A DNA stretch of 64,000 nt from Bythopirellula sp. (GCA_965216565.1 OZ244170.1:3136001-3200000), one strand, 5' to 3'. Shown: positions 10,541-20,826, numbered from the stretch's first letter. Notes: generated from the sequence alone by a model not told the origin. Made by a program: numbers and translations.

Positions 10541-10770
10541 GTGGAGCGGCAGGGTGGTGTCCGGTAAGGAAGTTCAACAAACCTTCATCCTAACCCACGC
10601 CAGCCTATCAGGAAATGGAGACCAGGAATCGAGTGCAACGAAACCGGCAGTGATAGGTGCAAACCGCGCACAGGGAGCTCTCTTCAATCGCTTGCCGACG
10701 GATTTTAGCTCTGATAGACTGCGCGAGGCCAACTTGTGGAGGTGGCGGAGCCCCTTGATCAAGCCAAATA

Positions 10771-10844
10771 CGGGCTGTGGCTCAGCTTGGTAGAGCGCTG
10801 CGTTCGGGACGCAGAGGTCGGAGGTTCAAATCCTCTCAGCCCGA
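10771..10844 (+). tRNA. tRNA-Pro (anticodon CGG)
   Basis: Cloverleaf: acceptor CGGGCTG/CAGCCCG, D-arm GCTC..GAGC, anticodon arm CTGCG-TTCGGGA-CGCAG, T-arm GGAGG-TTCAAAT-CCTCT; no encoded CCA. Confidence 0.97.
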
Positions 10845-10915
10845 CTTGGCATGTCACCCGAAGAATTCGCGGTTCTGCTTACCTACCGATATGAGGCAGT
10901 GCGATACTTCCCCAA

Positions 10916-12610
10916 TCATGCCCGGAATCGACGTTGTCCAAATAGCATGCAGTAAAAGGTGAAACCGAGGTACGACCATGAGGTTGGTTCAGGGACTTGG
11001 TGAGCGGCAAGTGGCGTGACGATCTGCGACCAGCCATAGTTCGCCTGCCAACGCCGCAAGTCCAGTTGATTCACTTTGCCGTCTGCATTGGCATCCCCGT
11101 CGGACACGGTCGCTCCGGACTGCATACCTAGTCCGATTTGCAGGGCCAGAAAGTCTGCGCCATCTACGTCCAGATCTCCATCGAAGTCTCCTAAGAATGA
11201 ACTCGCCGTGCGGCGGTCCGCAAGCAGCTCCACCGTCGAGACGCCTGGGACTTCAATTTGGTGGATTCCTGGTTCCAAATAGACGACGTTGTATTCGCTC
11301 CAAACGGTCCGTGCTTTACTCACCACACGGTAACGACCCCCAGTGGTCACATTCACATCCCACAAATCCCCGCTTGCTCTAGTTGCCACAAGCGGCGCCG
11401 GTCGGTGTCCAGTGGCAAACATGGGGGTCTCTGCGTGTCCTTCACTCGCCACGTCGTAGAACGATGTTAATTGGGTGGCGTAGTCGTCGCGCACTCCTGC
11501 GCTATACCACAAACTGTGGCCGGCGGCACCTTCGGTTCGCGAACGTTCAATCATTTGCTCAACGTCTGCATAAGGTGTATTGGGGCCACTGCCATTGACG
11601 CGAATTCCCACAACCAACTTATCAAGCTCACCAGGTTCGAACGGTGCCACCTGGGCATCGATCACCGAGTTAAAGCTCCCGATACTGCTGCGATAAACTT
11701 GGGGCACGTACTCATCAAAGATGCCATCGTCCACCCACGCTGGCCAATCGGCATTGAAGTTGGTGCCCGAGAAGGGCGTGATCGACGGACTCACCGATAC
11801 GTGCATCTCTGGGCGTGCAGTCTTCACCGCTTGATAAAGCTCGTCGGCAAAATCGGCCACTTTTTGCTGCCGCCAATTTCGAAAAGCGGCATCGTTCACG
11901 CTGCCAGGCAGGCTATTGCCGGTATCTGCAAGATAGAGAGCGGCAGTTTGACTGTCCCAACCAAACTCCCGAGGCCAGGCCAACCGGTCGTCGAACTGAA
12001 CGCCATCCAGGTCGTAACGATTGACGGCCTCCAGGGTGATGTCAATCAAAAACTGTTTTACCTCTGGGACGGCAGGATTCATCCAAGCAAAACCGTTTGA
12101 ACTATTGCCGTAATTGCCGCTCTGATCTTCCAGGAGCCAACCTTGGTTCTTCATGTAGGTAGCCAGTGGATTCGAGGGTGTACCACCCGAACCGATGAAT
12201 TGCGCGGCAAACCCATACTCGAACCAACCTACCTGCACCATTTGATTTCGATGTGCATTGATCAGAGTCTCCTCCACCAAATCGCGATTAAGACCCAAGA
12301 AACTCGAACGATCTCCACCACCAGTTAGTGCAGCCAAGGTCGGCGAAGGGTAGTTGGTGAAGCCATTTTTCCACGTCTCGACATAAGCGGTATTTAACCC
12401 GATTGAGCGAAGATCACTAAAGACCGACTCCGTATTTCCACCTCCTTTGATGTGATCTGGCCCGGTAGTTGTGAGCCAAGTGCCGCGAACTTCCGGTGTT
12501 GCCGCTATGCAAGAAGTAGCCCACAGCATCAGCAGGACGCTACTCGATAAACAGCTCGTTCTCAGGGCGGTGTGCAAATTGAATCTGCGAATTGGGGATG
12601 GCTTACTCAT
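10916..12610 (-). CDS. GHL10/DUF187 (YddW/DigH-like) glycoside hydrolase with dockerin-like motif and PEP-CTERM
   Basis: 'EVRGTWL', 'GLNTAYVETW..G.T.YPS', 'WFEYGF', 'WMNPAVPEV', 'YDLDGVQFDD', 'PQVYR'; C-terminal 'GDFDGDLDVDGADFL' and 'VPEP'. Start moved to ATG 12610, which overlaps the upstream gene's stop. Confidence 0.85.
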   Translation of the reverse strand: MSKPSPIRRFNLHTALRTSCLSSSVLLMLWATSCIAATPEVRGTWLTTTGPDHIKGGGNTESVFSDLRSIGLNTAYVETWKNGFTNYPSPTLAALTGGGDRSSFLGLNRDLVEETLINAHRNQMVQVGWFEYGFAAQFIGSGGTPSNPLATYMKNQGWLLEDQSGNYGNSSNGFAWMNPAVPEVKQFLIDITLEAVNRYDLDGVQFDDRLAWPREFGWDSQTAALYLADTGNSLPGSVNDAAFRNWRQQKVADFADELYQAVKTARPEMHVSVSPSITPFSGTNFNADWPAWVDDGIFDEYVPQVYRSSIGSFNSVIDAQVAPFEPGELDKLVVGIRVNGSGPNTPYADVEQMIERSRTEGAAGHSLWYSAGVRDDYATQLTSFYDVASEGHAETPMFATGHRPAPLVATRASGDLWDVNVTTGGRYRVVSKARTVWSEYNVVYLEPGIHQIEVPGVSTVELLADRRTASSFLGDFDGDLDVDGADFLALQIGLGMQSGATVSDGDANADGKVNQLDLRRWQANYGWSQIVTPLAAHQVPEPTSWSYLGFTFYCMLFGQRRFRA

Positions 12611-14345
12611 GCTCAGAATCCTCCACCGGCAACGTCCAGTCGATAGGCGTCTGCGCGGCAACAAGCGGTTGAACCTCTTCAATCGTTTCTAGGACTTCCC
12701 TCGAATCCTTACCAGTTTCAGCCATGTGGGCTGCAATCACTCCCGCAGCCGTGCCACTAGACCATTCAATGGGATGGAGCCGCGTCGCCGAATTCGCCAG
12801 AAAACTCTGTGCCATCGTTTTCCCGGTTACTAACAGATTTTGGTGGCGATGATGCGTGAGCGCGCGGAACGGAATGCAAAACGGCAGAGTGTCGTGGGCT
12901 CCGGAAATGTATTTCGGATACTCACACCCAGCGAGTGGGTGAACGTCAGCGGGATAGGCTCCCAGGGCGATCCGATCTTTGAATACTTTTCCTGTCACTT
13001 GCGAAGCGGGGCCCGTTAGGTCGGCAAACTTCAGCACAAAGCCATCGAGTCCAATCGAGCGACGGGTATCGCGAATGTAGGGGAGCTTGGCGAGACCATG
13101 GCCAGTGCCCATCTCTTCGCCCGCCAAAACAATCTGGTCGGGGTCAAACTCACTAGGAGCTTGTTTGCGGAACCACTCGTGCCAGCCCAGCGCTCGCTGC
13201 TCCGCCGCAGCCAAGGTTTCTCCATTGATACCGCCCTGCCAATCGGCAACTTCTTTCTGCGTCTCGTGCTTTGACTTGAATAGGTAACCGAAAGGGTAAT
13301 CGTTCCCGCCATGCTCTCGACTCTTAGAATATCCCCAGTTTTGCAAACAAAGGTCGCCAACCGCAGATTTTCCTTGGCCTTTGATCCGTCGATAGGTCCA
13401 AATTAATTCCCAGGGGTTCTCCTTGTCCTGGTAGTCGCCGTACCCGAGCCGATCTGCTTGGGGGACTGCCCTGCCCTGGGCACTGGCCGCGGATCGAATT
13501 CGCTGGACGAAACAGTAGACCGTCGACTGGCCACAGGTGTCGTTGCCACCAGTCTCACCTTCAACTTGTTCGACCCCTTGCAAATAGTCGGTGCCCGATA
13601 GGGCCAGCAACTCACCCCATTCTGTCGCGTCGACAAATACTGTTGAGCTACCAGACTTATTAATAAACTGATGTACCGTTTTGCTAAAACGCTTGGAGTC
13701 TTCCTCGCCGTACCAATCGGCTAAGTCTTGCGAAGGTAGCTTGTCGTATCCACGGTGAGGTAGCGAATCGGCAGCAGCGCGCTCGATGGCGGTAAGCGAA
13801 ATAATTGCCTCACCGTTGTCGTCACACTCCAAACTTTTGACGACCGTTTCGTAGAAGATCGTCAGGTTGTCGGCCACTTGGTCTCGCATGGGATGAAGAC
13901 TTGATTCCAGGTATTCCACCGGCCGAAAGCAGTACCGACTAACCCAGCAGTCCCCGCAACCGTCGATTGCCTGCAGGCTGCCCAGGAAATTGGGCGTGAT
14001 ATTACGCGGATCGCGGGCAATCAATGCGACGTTCAATGATGGGCCTTCCCCCTCGGCTGCAGCAACCGTGTGCCAGGCTTCGTCCACCGCCGGCACTCCG
14101 CTGGAAGTGAGCTGACCACCAACCCAATCGGTCGGTTCCAGCAGCGCTGTCTTGGCACCACTCTTGGCAGAAGAGATTGCAGCGGCAAAGGCGGCCGTCG
14201 ATCCACCGGCTATGACGACGTCGAATTCGTTATGCACTTGGGTTTCGCCAGAGAGCGCGCAATTCCACTGACCGGCAGCGAACAAGAGCCATAGGCCCAG
14301 GCACTTGCCGATTCGGTATCTTGGTTGTTTCTTCGCATCAATCAT
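12603..14345 (-). CDS. Secreted FAD-dependent oxidoreductase (FAD_oxidored type)
   Basis: Signal peptide; 'DVVIAGGSTAAFAAA..A..G.KT.LLEPTDWVGGQLT', 'DATEWGELL', 'PYIRDTRR', 'YPADVH', 'IPFRAL...NLLV', 'TRLHP..W..G.AAG'. Confidence 0.8.
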   Translation of the reverse strand: MIDAKKQPRYRIGKCLGLWLLFAAGQWNCALSGETQVHNEFDVVIAGGSTAAFAAAISSAKSGAKTALLEPTDWVGGQLTSSGVPAVDEAWHTVAAAEGEGPSLNVALIARDPRNITPNFLGSLQAIDGCGDCWVSRYCFRPVEYLESSLHPMRDQVADNLTIFYETVVKSLECDDNGEAIISLTAIERAAADSLPHRGYDKLPSQDLADWYGEEDSKRFSKTVHQFINKSGSSTVFVDATEWGELLALSGTDYLQGVEQVEGETGGNDTCGQSTVYCFVQRIRSAASAQGRAVPQADRLGYGDYQDKENPWELIWTYRRIKGQGKSAVGDLCLQNWGYSKSREHGGNDYPFGYLFKSKHETQKEVADWQGGINGETLAAAEQRALGWHEWFRKQAPSEFDPDQIVLAGEEMGTGHGLAKLPYIRDTRRSIGLDGFVLKFADLTGPASQVTGKVFKDRIALGAYPADVHPLAGCEYPKYISGAHDTLPFCIPFRALTHHRHQNLLVTGKTMAQSFLANSATRLHPIEWSSGTAAGVIAAHMAETGKDSREVLETIEEVQPLVAAQTPIDWTLPVEDSEHE

Positions 14346-14362
14346 CTGGAGCCCCGTTCCCT

Positions 14363-16225
14363 CTATTCATTTTTAGTGGTGCCCAAGGGCGATGCCAAGA
14401 ATTGCGATTCTTCCATACGAACCATATGTTTTCGGAACATCGGTAGGAACATTGCACCGCCAATGAGCCCAGCTCCGATCAAAACGATCGCATGGAGATA
14501 TCGACCCACAGCCAATTGCGAAATTGCCACCACCGGTAATGAAATTGCAATGGCACCCACGATCGCGGTCAGCGTTCCCGGCCAGAGGATACTATCTGTA
14601 TAGACTGGCTCACCGGCAGCTTGCAACTTCGCTCGGATCGGTCCCCAACGTCCGGGTGGTCGCGCCCGACGATAGAAATCCACCAGCGTTCTCTCATCTT
14701 CTGGTGGAAACATTAGCGTGATTGTCCACCAAATCATTGTATTCACGACAATTGCAATTAATGCCTGCAACATGGCCATGGAGTCGGCGCGGGCACTGCT
14801 TATTGAGATCTGCTCTTGCCACCACGGCCACATCGGCAGCACTGCGCCCAACCCAAAGTAAACCACTGGCCCGCCAATCATGGCCGCCAACCACGAGGCA
14901 AAATTCACTCGCCACCACCACCATTGGGCCCAATAGAATAAGGCGACCGAGGCAAACATGCCCGCAATCACAGTGACGATGCCAAACAACGACTCCGACA
15001 TATACATGACGCCGATACCCAATGCCAAAATGCCCAGCATCGTAAGCCGACCGATCCAAACAGCCGATCGCGTCGAGGGATCTAGCAGCCTTGAATTGGG
15101 GAACAATTGCCGAAATACATCATTCACCAGCGTTTGTGCCCCGTAGTTCAAGTGGCTATCGACTGTAGACATCACGCTAGCCAAGAGTGCTGCCACAGCG
15201 ATCCCTAACATCCCCATCGGCAGATACTCTTTGAGCAAGATGCCGAAAGTTTCCTCCCGCGCTTCGCTGGTAGCGTGATACAACTCGGGATGGCTGACCA
15301 ACACGCCCAACACAGGTAATGTCAGGAGCAACAGCATCGCATACAACGCCACCGCTGCCCAAATGGGAACCTTGGCAGCTTCTCGAGACGACACCGTGGA
15401 AAACAGTCGCTGTCCATCGAGATCGACGGTTCCGCCCCGGCCAATCGTATGCACAACCAGCCAAGCTAGGACGACCAGCGGACCGAGCACTTCATGACCC
15501 GGCACGGGGAAGACTGCCAGGATCTCGGTGTGCTCTTCGGGATGCGCCGCAACGATGGCGTCCGATAGTCCCGCAGGGCCGCCGAAACTACTTAGCACCG
15601 ACCACAGCAAAAATGCACTTGCCAGTAAGATCACAAAGGTCTGGAGGACATCTGTCACTACGACGCCCACAAATCCAGAGATCCACACGTAGCCGACGAG
15701 TACTGGCAACACTGCCACTAAGGTGGTGGCTTTACTTTCGATTCCAAAAACGGGGCTGAGAATCTTGTGGGTGCCCAACAGTCCGGCACCCAGCCAAGGC
15801 ACCATATTGAGCGCCACGGCAATGATCGCCGAAACGATGCGGACGACTTTGGCACGACCGCCACCAAATCGCAACGAATAGAATTCCGGTCCGGTGCGAA
15901 CACCTAGGTTCCACCAGCGTACGGCAAAGAGCATTGCTACGATCATCCACCAGAGCGAGAACCGCGACAAATAGAACCACGCGACCGGCAACCCAATCAC
16001 CGCCGCTAGACCGCAATAAAGTGGTGCAACGTCGGCGTTCATCGCAGTCACGGCGTAGGAAATTCCGTTCACCCACCCCGGCAACTTTCTGCCTGCCAGG
16101 TAGAAGTTCTCTTCATCGGCATTCGTCGTGATCCAGCGACTGGCAAGAATCCCGAAACCGAAACTCGCAATCAGATAGCCAACAACGATGGCAAGATCGA
16201 CGGTTTGGGCAGAGCTGAATTCCAT
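14363..16225 (-). CDS. Sodium:solute symporter (SSS family)
   Basis: 'FYLAGRKLPGW', 'GVVVTDVLQ', 'QRLFS', 'AALLASVMSTVDSHLN', many TM segments. Confidence 0.9.
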   Translation of the reverse strand: MEFSSAQTVDLAIVVGYLIASFGFGILASRWITTNADEENFYLAGRKLPGWVNGISYAVTAMNADVAPLYCGLAAVIGLPVAWFYLSRFSLWWMIVAMLFAVRWWNLGVRTGPEFYSLRFGGGRAKVVRIVSAIIAVALNMVPWLGAGLLGTHKILSPVFGIESKATTLVAVLPVLVGYVWISGFVGVVVTDVLQTFVILLASAFLLWSVLSSFGGPAGLSDAIVAAHPEEHTEILAVFPVPGHEVLGPLVVLAWLVVHTIGRGGTVDLDGQRLFSTVSSREAAKVPIWAAVALYAMLLLLTLPVLGVLVSHPELYHATSEAREETFGILLKEYLPMGMLGIAVAALLASVMSTVDSHLNYGAQTLVNDVFRQLFPNSRLLDPSTRSAVWIGRLTMLGILALGIGVMYMSESLFGIVTVIAGMFASVALFYWAQWWWWRVNFASWLAAMIGGPVVYFGLGAVLPMWPWWQEQISISSARADSMAMLQALIAIVVNTMIWWTITLMFPPEDERTLVDFYRRARPPGRWGPIRAKLQAAGEPVYTDSILWPGTLTAIVGAIAISLPVVAISQLAVGRYLHAIVLIGAGLIGGAMFLPMFRKHMVRMEESQFLASPLGTTKNE

Positions 16226-16259
16226 ACGAGTGTCACGCTGATTCCACAGTTGAGGTGAA

Positions 16260-17336
16260 CTATTCTAGGGCCGCAATGGAGCAATCTGCATTGACCGGCT
16301 GGCGGTGATTGCTCGACGAGTAAATGGCATCGACAATCGCCTGCACCTCACACCCTTGTTTGACGTCAGCTTGCCGAACACTGCGAGTTTCGACACTGCG
16401 TGCGAAATCTTGCATTTGCTCCAGGAAGAAATCATTTTGTTCAACTGGCGTTCTGCCATCGACAAGACTTCCCTCTTGTTCCAAGGAATGATTTACTTCG
16501 TCGCCAAATAATTCAAACGACAATCCACCTTGGGTCCCGGTAAAGCTCATCAACGAAGTTGGCAATTGTTTAGAGTAATTCCCCGCCCACGCCACGTGCA
16601 GATCTAGAACGGCACCATTGTTAAAGCGAACCAAAGCTTGTGCTGCATCCTCAACATTGAATGTTCCCGACAAGTTAGGAGGACCGGCCCACATTTCGTC
16701 GAAGTGATAGTCCCCCATGCGCACACCAAAGTTGGCAAACGTTTGTCCCAACACTTGGTCGACCTCCGGGAATCCCATCAAATGCATCGCCAAGTCGATC
16801 AGATGCACCCCCACATCAATCAAGACTCCGCCGCCGGAATACTCTCTGTCTGTGAACCAATGTCCCAACCCAGGAATACCGCGACGCAGGTAGAGCATGG
16901 CCTGAGCATGATAGATTTCGCCCAACTTGTTACCGGTTGCGAGTTGCTTGGCAACTTTGGCGACCGCGGTGTAACGATGCACATACCCAACTTGTAGGAT
17001 CTGCCCTGTTGTTTCAACAACACGAGATAGCTCTAGACATTCCTTATGCGTGAGTGCCATGGGCTTCTCTAGGAGTACATCCTTACCTGCTTCAAGTGCG
17101 GTGTTCGCCAACGGCAAATGAAGATAATTGGGGACGGCAATCACCACCGCATTTGTTGCAGAATCTTGCCACAGATCCTCGGGACTGTCCGATGACTCTG
17201 CCCCGCAGGTACCGGCGAGTTCACGTGCAGAATCTAACTGCCGATCAACAATCCAAGCGACTTCCACGCCCGCTTCCAGCGCAGCTTCCACATGCTTCTT
17301 GCCGATTGTCCCTGCGCCGATAATTCCCAGTCTCAT
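16260..17336 (-). CDS. Gfo/Idh/MocA NAD(P)-dependent oxidoreductase
   Basis: 'GIIGAGTIG', 'AVPNYLH', 'GKDVLLEKPMA', 'SGGGVLIDVGVHLIDL', 'VEDAA'. Confidence 0.9.
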   Translation of the reverse strand: MRLGIIGAGTIGKKHVEAALEAGVEVAWIVDRQLDSARELAGTCGAESSDSPEDLWQDSATNAVVIAVPNYLHLPLANTALEAGKDVLLEKPMALTHKECLELSRVVETTGQILQVGYVHRYTAVAKVAKQLATGNKLGEIYHAQAMLYLRRGIPGLGHWFTDREYSGGGVLIDVGVHLIDLAMHLMGFPEVDQVLGQTFANFGVRMGDYHFDEMWAGPPNLSGTFNVEDAAQALVRFNNGAVLDLHVAWAGNYSKQLPTSLMSFTGTQGGLSFELFGDEVNHSLEQEGSLVDGRTPVEQNDFFLEQMQDFARSVETRSVRQADVKQGCEVQAIVDAIYSSSNHRQPVNADCSIAALE

Positions 17337-17389
17337 ACCAAGCAACTTTCTGCGTTCAAATACACCTAGTTACGTGTGCTCGAGCTATT

Positions 17390-18328
17390 CTACGAGTGCG
17401 ATTTTTTCGTCTGACGTACAGAATCTTGCTGCAACTGCCGCGAATGCCAATGCGGTGGTGAAACAGCACCTTTGGTAACAGCCTTCACGTCGATCTCTGC
17501 GAACTTACCGCGAGCTATGTCACTTTCCGCAAGGTCAAGCAAGTGCCTGACTGCCAATGTCTCGTTGCGATCAATCAGTGCCTTTCCGGCATCGAAGAAA
17601 TCGAGGATGCTTGCCGCAGCATCAACAAACAATTGGCCGGTTTCCACTTCCACGTGTTGGCAGCCATTGTTTGCCAAGAGTGTCGCACTGAATGGCACAT
17701 CCGAAACCTGGCTAAAGTTGACGACCGCCGTCCTCCCTTCCGGATATCGAAGTACATATTGGTGCAAATCAGCCGTGCCCAATCGGCACATGCCAGTAAC
17801 ATCGGCACCCATACAGCTAATAGCCAATTCAAACGGATGGATTCCGTACTCCTCAAACGACGTTCCAGAAGCATAGACGCTGATGCTCTGCAGCTGAGAA
17901 TCAAGCTCGCCGACCCGCTGCTGTATATTGGTGGAGCGCAACGCCGAGGTCGATTGGATAGCCACCGAATATCGATCTGCCAAGTCGAATATCTTCTGGG
18001 CTGTTGATAAATCGGGAGCAAACGTTTTGTCTACGAAAGTTGGTTTGCCGAGTGGGAATGCCGACTCGCACATCTCTAAATGCCTCTCTGGATTCGAGGG
18101 TGCGAGGATCATCAGATAGTCTGAGACTTCGCTCAGTGCCTCGAAAGATTCAAAGTAGGGCAACTCCTTGCACTCACACCAATCGCGACTAGCATCTTCG
18201 ATTAACGCCGCAGCCCCAACAATCTGATAACCACGATCAGCCAACGGTCCGCGCAGTGCATCCAAGTAAACATTCGCATGGAAGTTGTCCAACCGGTAGT
18301 CGAAGATGCCGATTCTTTTGTTGCCCAT
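17390..18328 (-). CDS. Gfo/Idh/MocA-like oxidoreductase (divergent)
   Basis: 'LDNFHA', 'PERHLE', 'GKPTFVDKTFA', 'STSALR', 'YGIHPFE'. Confidence 0.75.
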   Translation of the reverse strand: MGNKRIGIFDYRLDNFHANVYLDALRGPLADRGYQIVGAAALIEDASRDWCECKELPYFESFEALSEVSDYLMILAPSNPERHLEMCESAFPLGKPTFVDKTFAPDLSTAQKIFDLADRYSVAIQSTSALRSTNIQQRVGELDSQLQSISVYASGTSFEEYGIHPFELAISCMGADVTGMCRLGTADLHQYVLRYPEGRTAVVNFSQVSDVPFSATLLANNGCQHVEVETGQLFVDAAASILDFFDAGKALIDRNETLAVRHLLDLAESDIARGKFAEIDVKAVTKGAVSPPHWHSRQLQQDSVRQTKKSHS

Positions 18329-18331
18329 TCC

Positions 18332-19441
18332 TTAGCTCCGAATCGTATGTTCTGTACCGAGTGGACTTGTCATAAATCCGGCGCAGTCTGCACTCTTGCA
18401 GCCCGTTGTTTCAGGGCTAGTGATAGGCAAACGGTTTGCGTGGCGAACAGCCAACCAGGCAAAACACTCGGCAGCCATGGTTTTGGGATTCAGTCCTCGC
18501 TCTGTGACGTTCACAACTTGGTCGAAGTGATCTCCCAGCATGCGACAAATCACAGGATTCTCGCTGCCAGGCCCCGTAATCCAAACCTTGTTGGGCAAGG
18601 CCGGAAGCTGGTTGGCAGCTTGCATAAACGCGGATACCGTAATCGCACACAAGGTTGCGGCACCATCCTCCGCACTCATTCCTGCGATGTCGATATGATC
18701 GAATTGATGGAGGTCCGCAGCCTTCGGCAGCGATCTCTGAAAAAAGGGTGCCTGCAGCACTTCTCTCACCAAAGCCTCATCGGGCGTTCCCTGGGAGGAA
18801 ATCTCGCCGTCGAGGTCATGCGGAACCGTGGCAATTTCCTGAACCCACTCATTTAGCAAGCCAACACCAGGTCCCGTATCGCCAGCGATAATTTCATTTT
18901 CCTTGCTAAGCCAAGTCACACTCGCAACCGAATCAAGATTCAACATCAAGGCCGGCCTCGGTTCATTAGCCATCAATGCCCAATGAAATAGTCCGGAAAG
19001 CGGTGCACCTTCCCCGCCCACTGCCATGTCGTGACGTCGAAAATCACTCACCACCGGCAGCCCCACCTTTTCCGCTAAAAACCAAGGGTTGCCGAGTTCG
19101 TAGGTGAGCTTTTCCCCAGGCATGTGTCGCAAGACATGGCCTGCGAAGCCAACCAAGCTTGCGCTGGCCACTTCCTGGGGAAGGCTCTTCGCCAGCAGGT
19201 CGTACGCTTTCACGTGATGCTGGGTGAGCAAGTTTTCCAAGCGGAGAATTTCCGTCGTTGGCAAATCGTTTTGTGTTGCTTCGAGCACTCTCCACCGCAA
19301 CTCCTCTTCATAAGGCAGCGACAACCCTCCTAACGAACAAACTTCGTCTCGTCCGTCGGTATCGATGATCGCTGCTTCCACCCCATCACCAGAGGAGGAA
19401 CAGATCATGCCGATAGACCGAATTAAAGATGAGTCGGGCAC
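18332..19441 (-). CDS. anmK: Anhydro-N-acetylmuramic acid kinase-like protein (motif-divergent)
   Basis: 'DFRRHDMAVGGEGAPL', 'DTGPG', 'AATL..IT', 'FAWLA', 'PETTG' follow the AnmK layout; several canonical motifs are altered (see findings). Confidence 0.8.
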   Translation of the reverse strand: MPDSSLIRSIGMICSSSGDGVEAAIIDTDGRDEVCSLGGLSLPYEEELRWRVLEATQNDLPTTEILRLENLLTQHHVKAYDLLAKSLPQEVASASLVGFAGHVLRHMPGEKLTYELGNPWFLAEKVGLPVVSDFRRHDMAVGGEGAPLSGLFHWALMANEPRPALMLNLDSVASVTWLSKENEIIAGDTGPGVGLLNEWVQEIATVPHDLDGEISSQGTPDEALVREVLQAPFFQRSLPKAADLHQFDHIDIAGMSAEDGAATLCAITVSAFMQAANQLPALPNKVWITGPGSENPVICRMLGDHFDQVVNVTERGLNPKTMAAECFAWLAVRHANRLPITSPETTGCKSADCAGFMTSPLGTEHTIRS

Positions 19442-19484
19442 TCGAGTTCCTTAAATAAGGCATCCAGGATGCTTCTAGACTGGC

Positions 19485-19548
19485 AGTCTAACAGTTGAGA
19501 ATTGACGCCACCTGACGATAAGCGCAATTTTTTCCACAATTTGCGAAC
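19485..19548 (-). promoter_or_regulatory. Candidate activator site plus extended -10 for the anmK operon
   Basis: Minus-strand GTTCGCAAATTGTGGAAAAAATTGCGCTTAT (19548-19518), then 27 nt, then TAGACT preceded by TGn. Matches the site at 21014-21044 at 23/31 positions. Confidence 0.55.
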
Positions 19549-19623
19549 GCCATGTTAAAGTAGCACTATCCTCAGCATTTCGAAAGTCTCTTGCATCTCT
19601 CCGAACTCTTGTGGCGTTAACGC

Positions 19624-20826
19624 ATGATCTCTCAGGACAATAGCCGTCCACTGGAAATCGCTGTTCTCGTCGAAACCGACAACAGTTGGGGTCGTAGCGT
19701 GGTGCAAGGAGTTGCAGACTTCGCGTCGAAATTTGGCCCTTGGAATTTACTAGTCGATCCACGCGACTATAGCAAAAGGTGGTCGGTTCCCGATCGGTGG
19801 CGAGGCGATGGGATCATTGCTCGCATCAGCACGCCTTTGCAACTGGCAGAAATCAAGAACACCAAGCTCCCCACCGTCAATGTCGACGACATCTACGACG
19901 ATCTCAAGCAGATCGGACATGTCAGAACAGACGAAACGGCCCGTGCCAAGCTGGCAGTGGCCCATTTCCGGGAACGCGGGCTGCAAACATTTGCTTATTA
20001 TGCTCCACCGAGTAACGACTACTCCAAGAGTCGCGGCGAAGCCTTCGTCCAAGCATTAGCCAAAGAGAACTTTGCTTGCCACATTTACCAACCCGGTTAT
20101 CGAGTCAGTCGACGCATTGATCGCGACGAGCTCCATAATCGCGTCCTGCGATGGCTCAATCAACTTCCTCGTCCAGTAGCCATTCTTGCGGTCGATGCGC
20201 GGCGAGGTCGCGAACTGGCAGAAGTATGTAGCATGGAAGGCATTGCCGTCCCAGACGAAGTGGCAATTCTCGTGGGAGATACCGACGACTTACTTTGCGA
20301 ACTCAGTACGCCTCAGCTCTCGAGCATCCTCGTAGCGAGTCAAAAAATTGGCTACGAAGCAGCAGCCACCCTATTCCGAATGATCAAGGGCGATACCTGG
20401 TCAAGCGCTCCGCAGCTTATCCCTCCAATAGGCGTTGTGGGAAATCAATCTACCGACGCATTGGCCATCGACGATCCGATGATTATTAAAGCCATGCGAT
20501 TTATTCAAACTCATGCCCTTCAAGGAATCATCGTAGAAGATATTTTGCAGGAGGTTCCCGTTTCGCGGCGATATCTCGAGCTTCAGTTCAAGAAGTACTT
20601 CGGACGCCTGCCCGCCGAGGCAATTCGTCAGCTCCGTTTAGAGCGGGGCAAAGAGCTGCTCACTCAGTCCGAACATTCCATCGATGCCATAGCTTCGATG
20701 TGTGGCTATGCCGGCGCCACTCAATTTGGAGTCGCGTTCCGCAAACGCTATGGCGAAACCCCGCTTGCCTTTCGAAAACACCTTACCTCGAGCGAGGCTA
20801 GCAGCACCCGTGCGTCGAATCGCTGA
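19624..20826 (+). CDS. XylR-type regulator (LacI-like sugar-binding domain plus AraC HTH)
   Basis: 'IAVLVETDNSWGRSVVQGV', 'DGIIARI', 'WLNQLPRPVAI', 'VPDEVAIL..D.D.LLC...P.LSSI', C-terminal AraC 'SRRYLELQFK..GR', 'CGY..ATQF..AFRKRYGETP..FR'. Confidence 0.9.
   Translation: MISQDNSRPLEIAVLVETDNSWGRSVVQGVADFASKFGPWNLLVDPRDYSKRWSVPDRWRGDGIIARISTPLQLAEIKNTKLPTVNVDDIYDDLKQIGHVRTDETARAKLAVAHFRERGLQTFAYYAPPSNDYSKSRGEAFVQALAKENFACHIYQPGYRVSRRIDRDELHNRVLRWLNQLPRPVAILAVDARRGRELAEVCSMEGIAVPDEVAILVGDTDDLLCELSTPQLSSILVASQKIGYEAAATLFRMIKGDTWSSAPQLIPPIGVVGNQSTDALAIDDPMIIKAMRFIQTHALQGIIVEDILQEVPVSRRYLELQFKKYFGRLPAEAIRQLRLERGKELLTQSEHSIDAIASMCGYAGATQFGVAFRKRYGETPLAFRKHLTSSEASSTRASNR

Noticed and set aside
10777..10962. 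61-aa ORF MAQLGRALRSGRRG...
   Set aside because: It is a translation of the tRNA-Pro gene.
19460..19490. Short palindromes GCATCC-A-GGATGC and TAGACTG-G-CAGTCTA upstream of anmK
   Set aside because: Not repeated elsewhere in the locus, and the second overlaps the proposed -10. Cannot be distinguished from chance.
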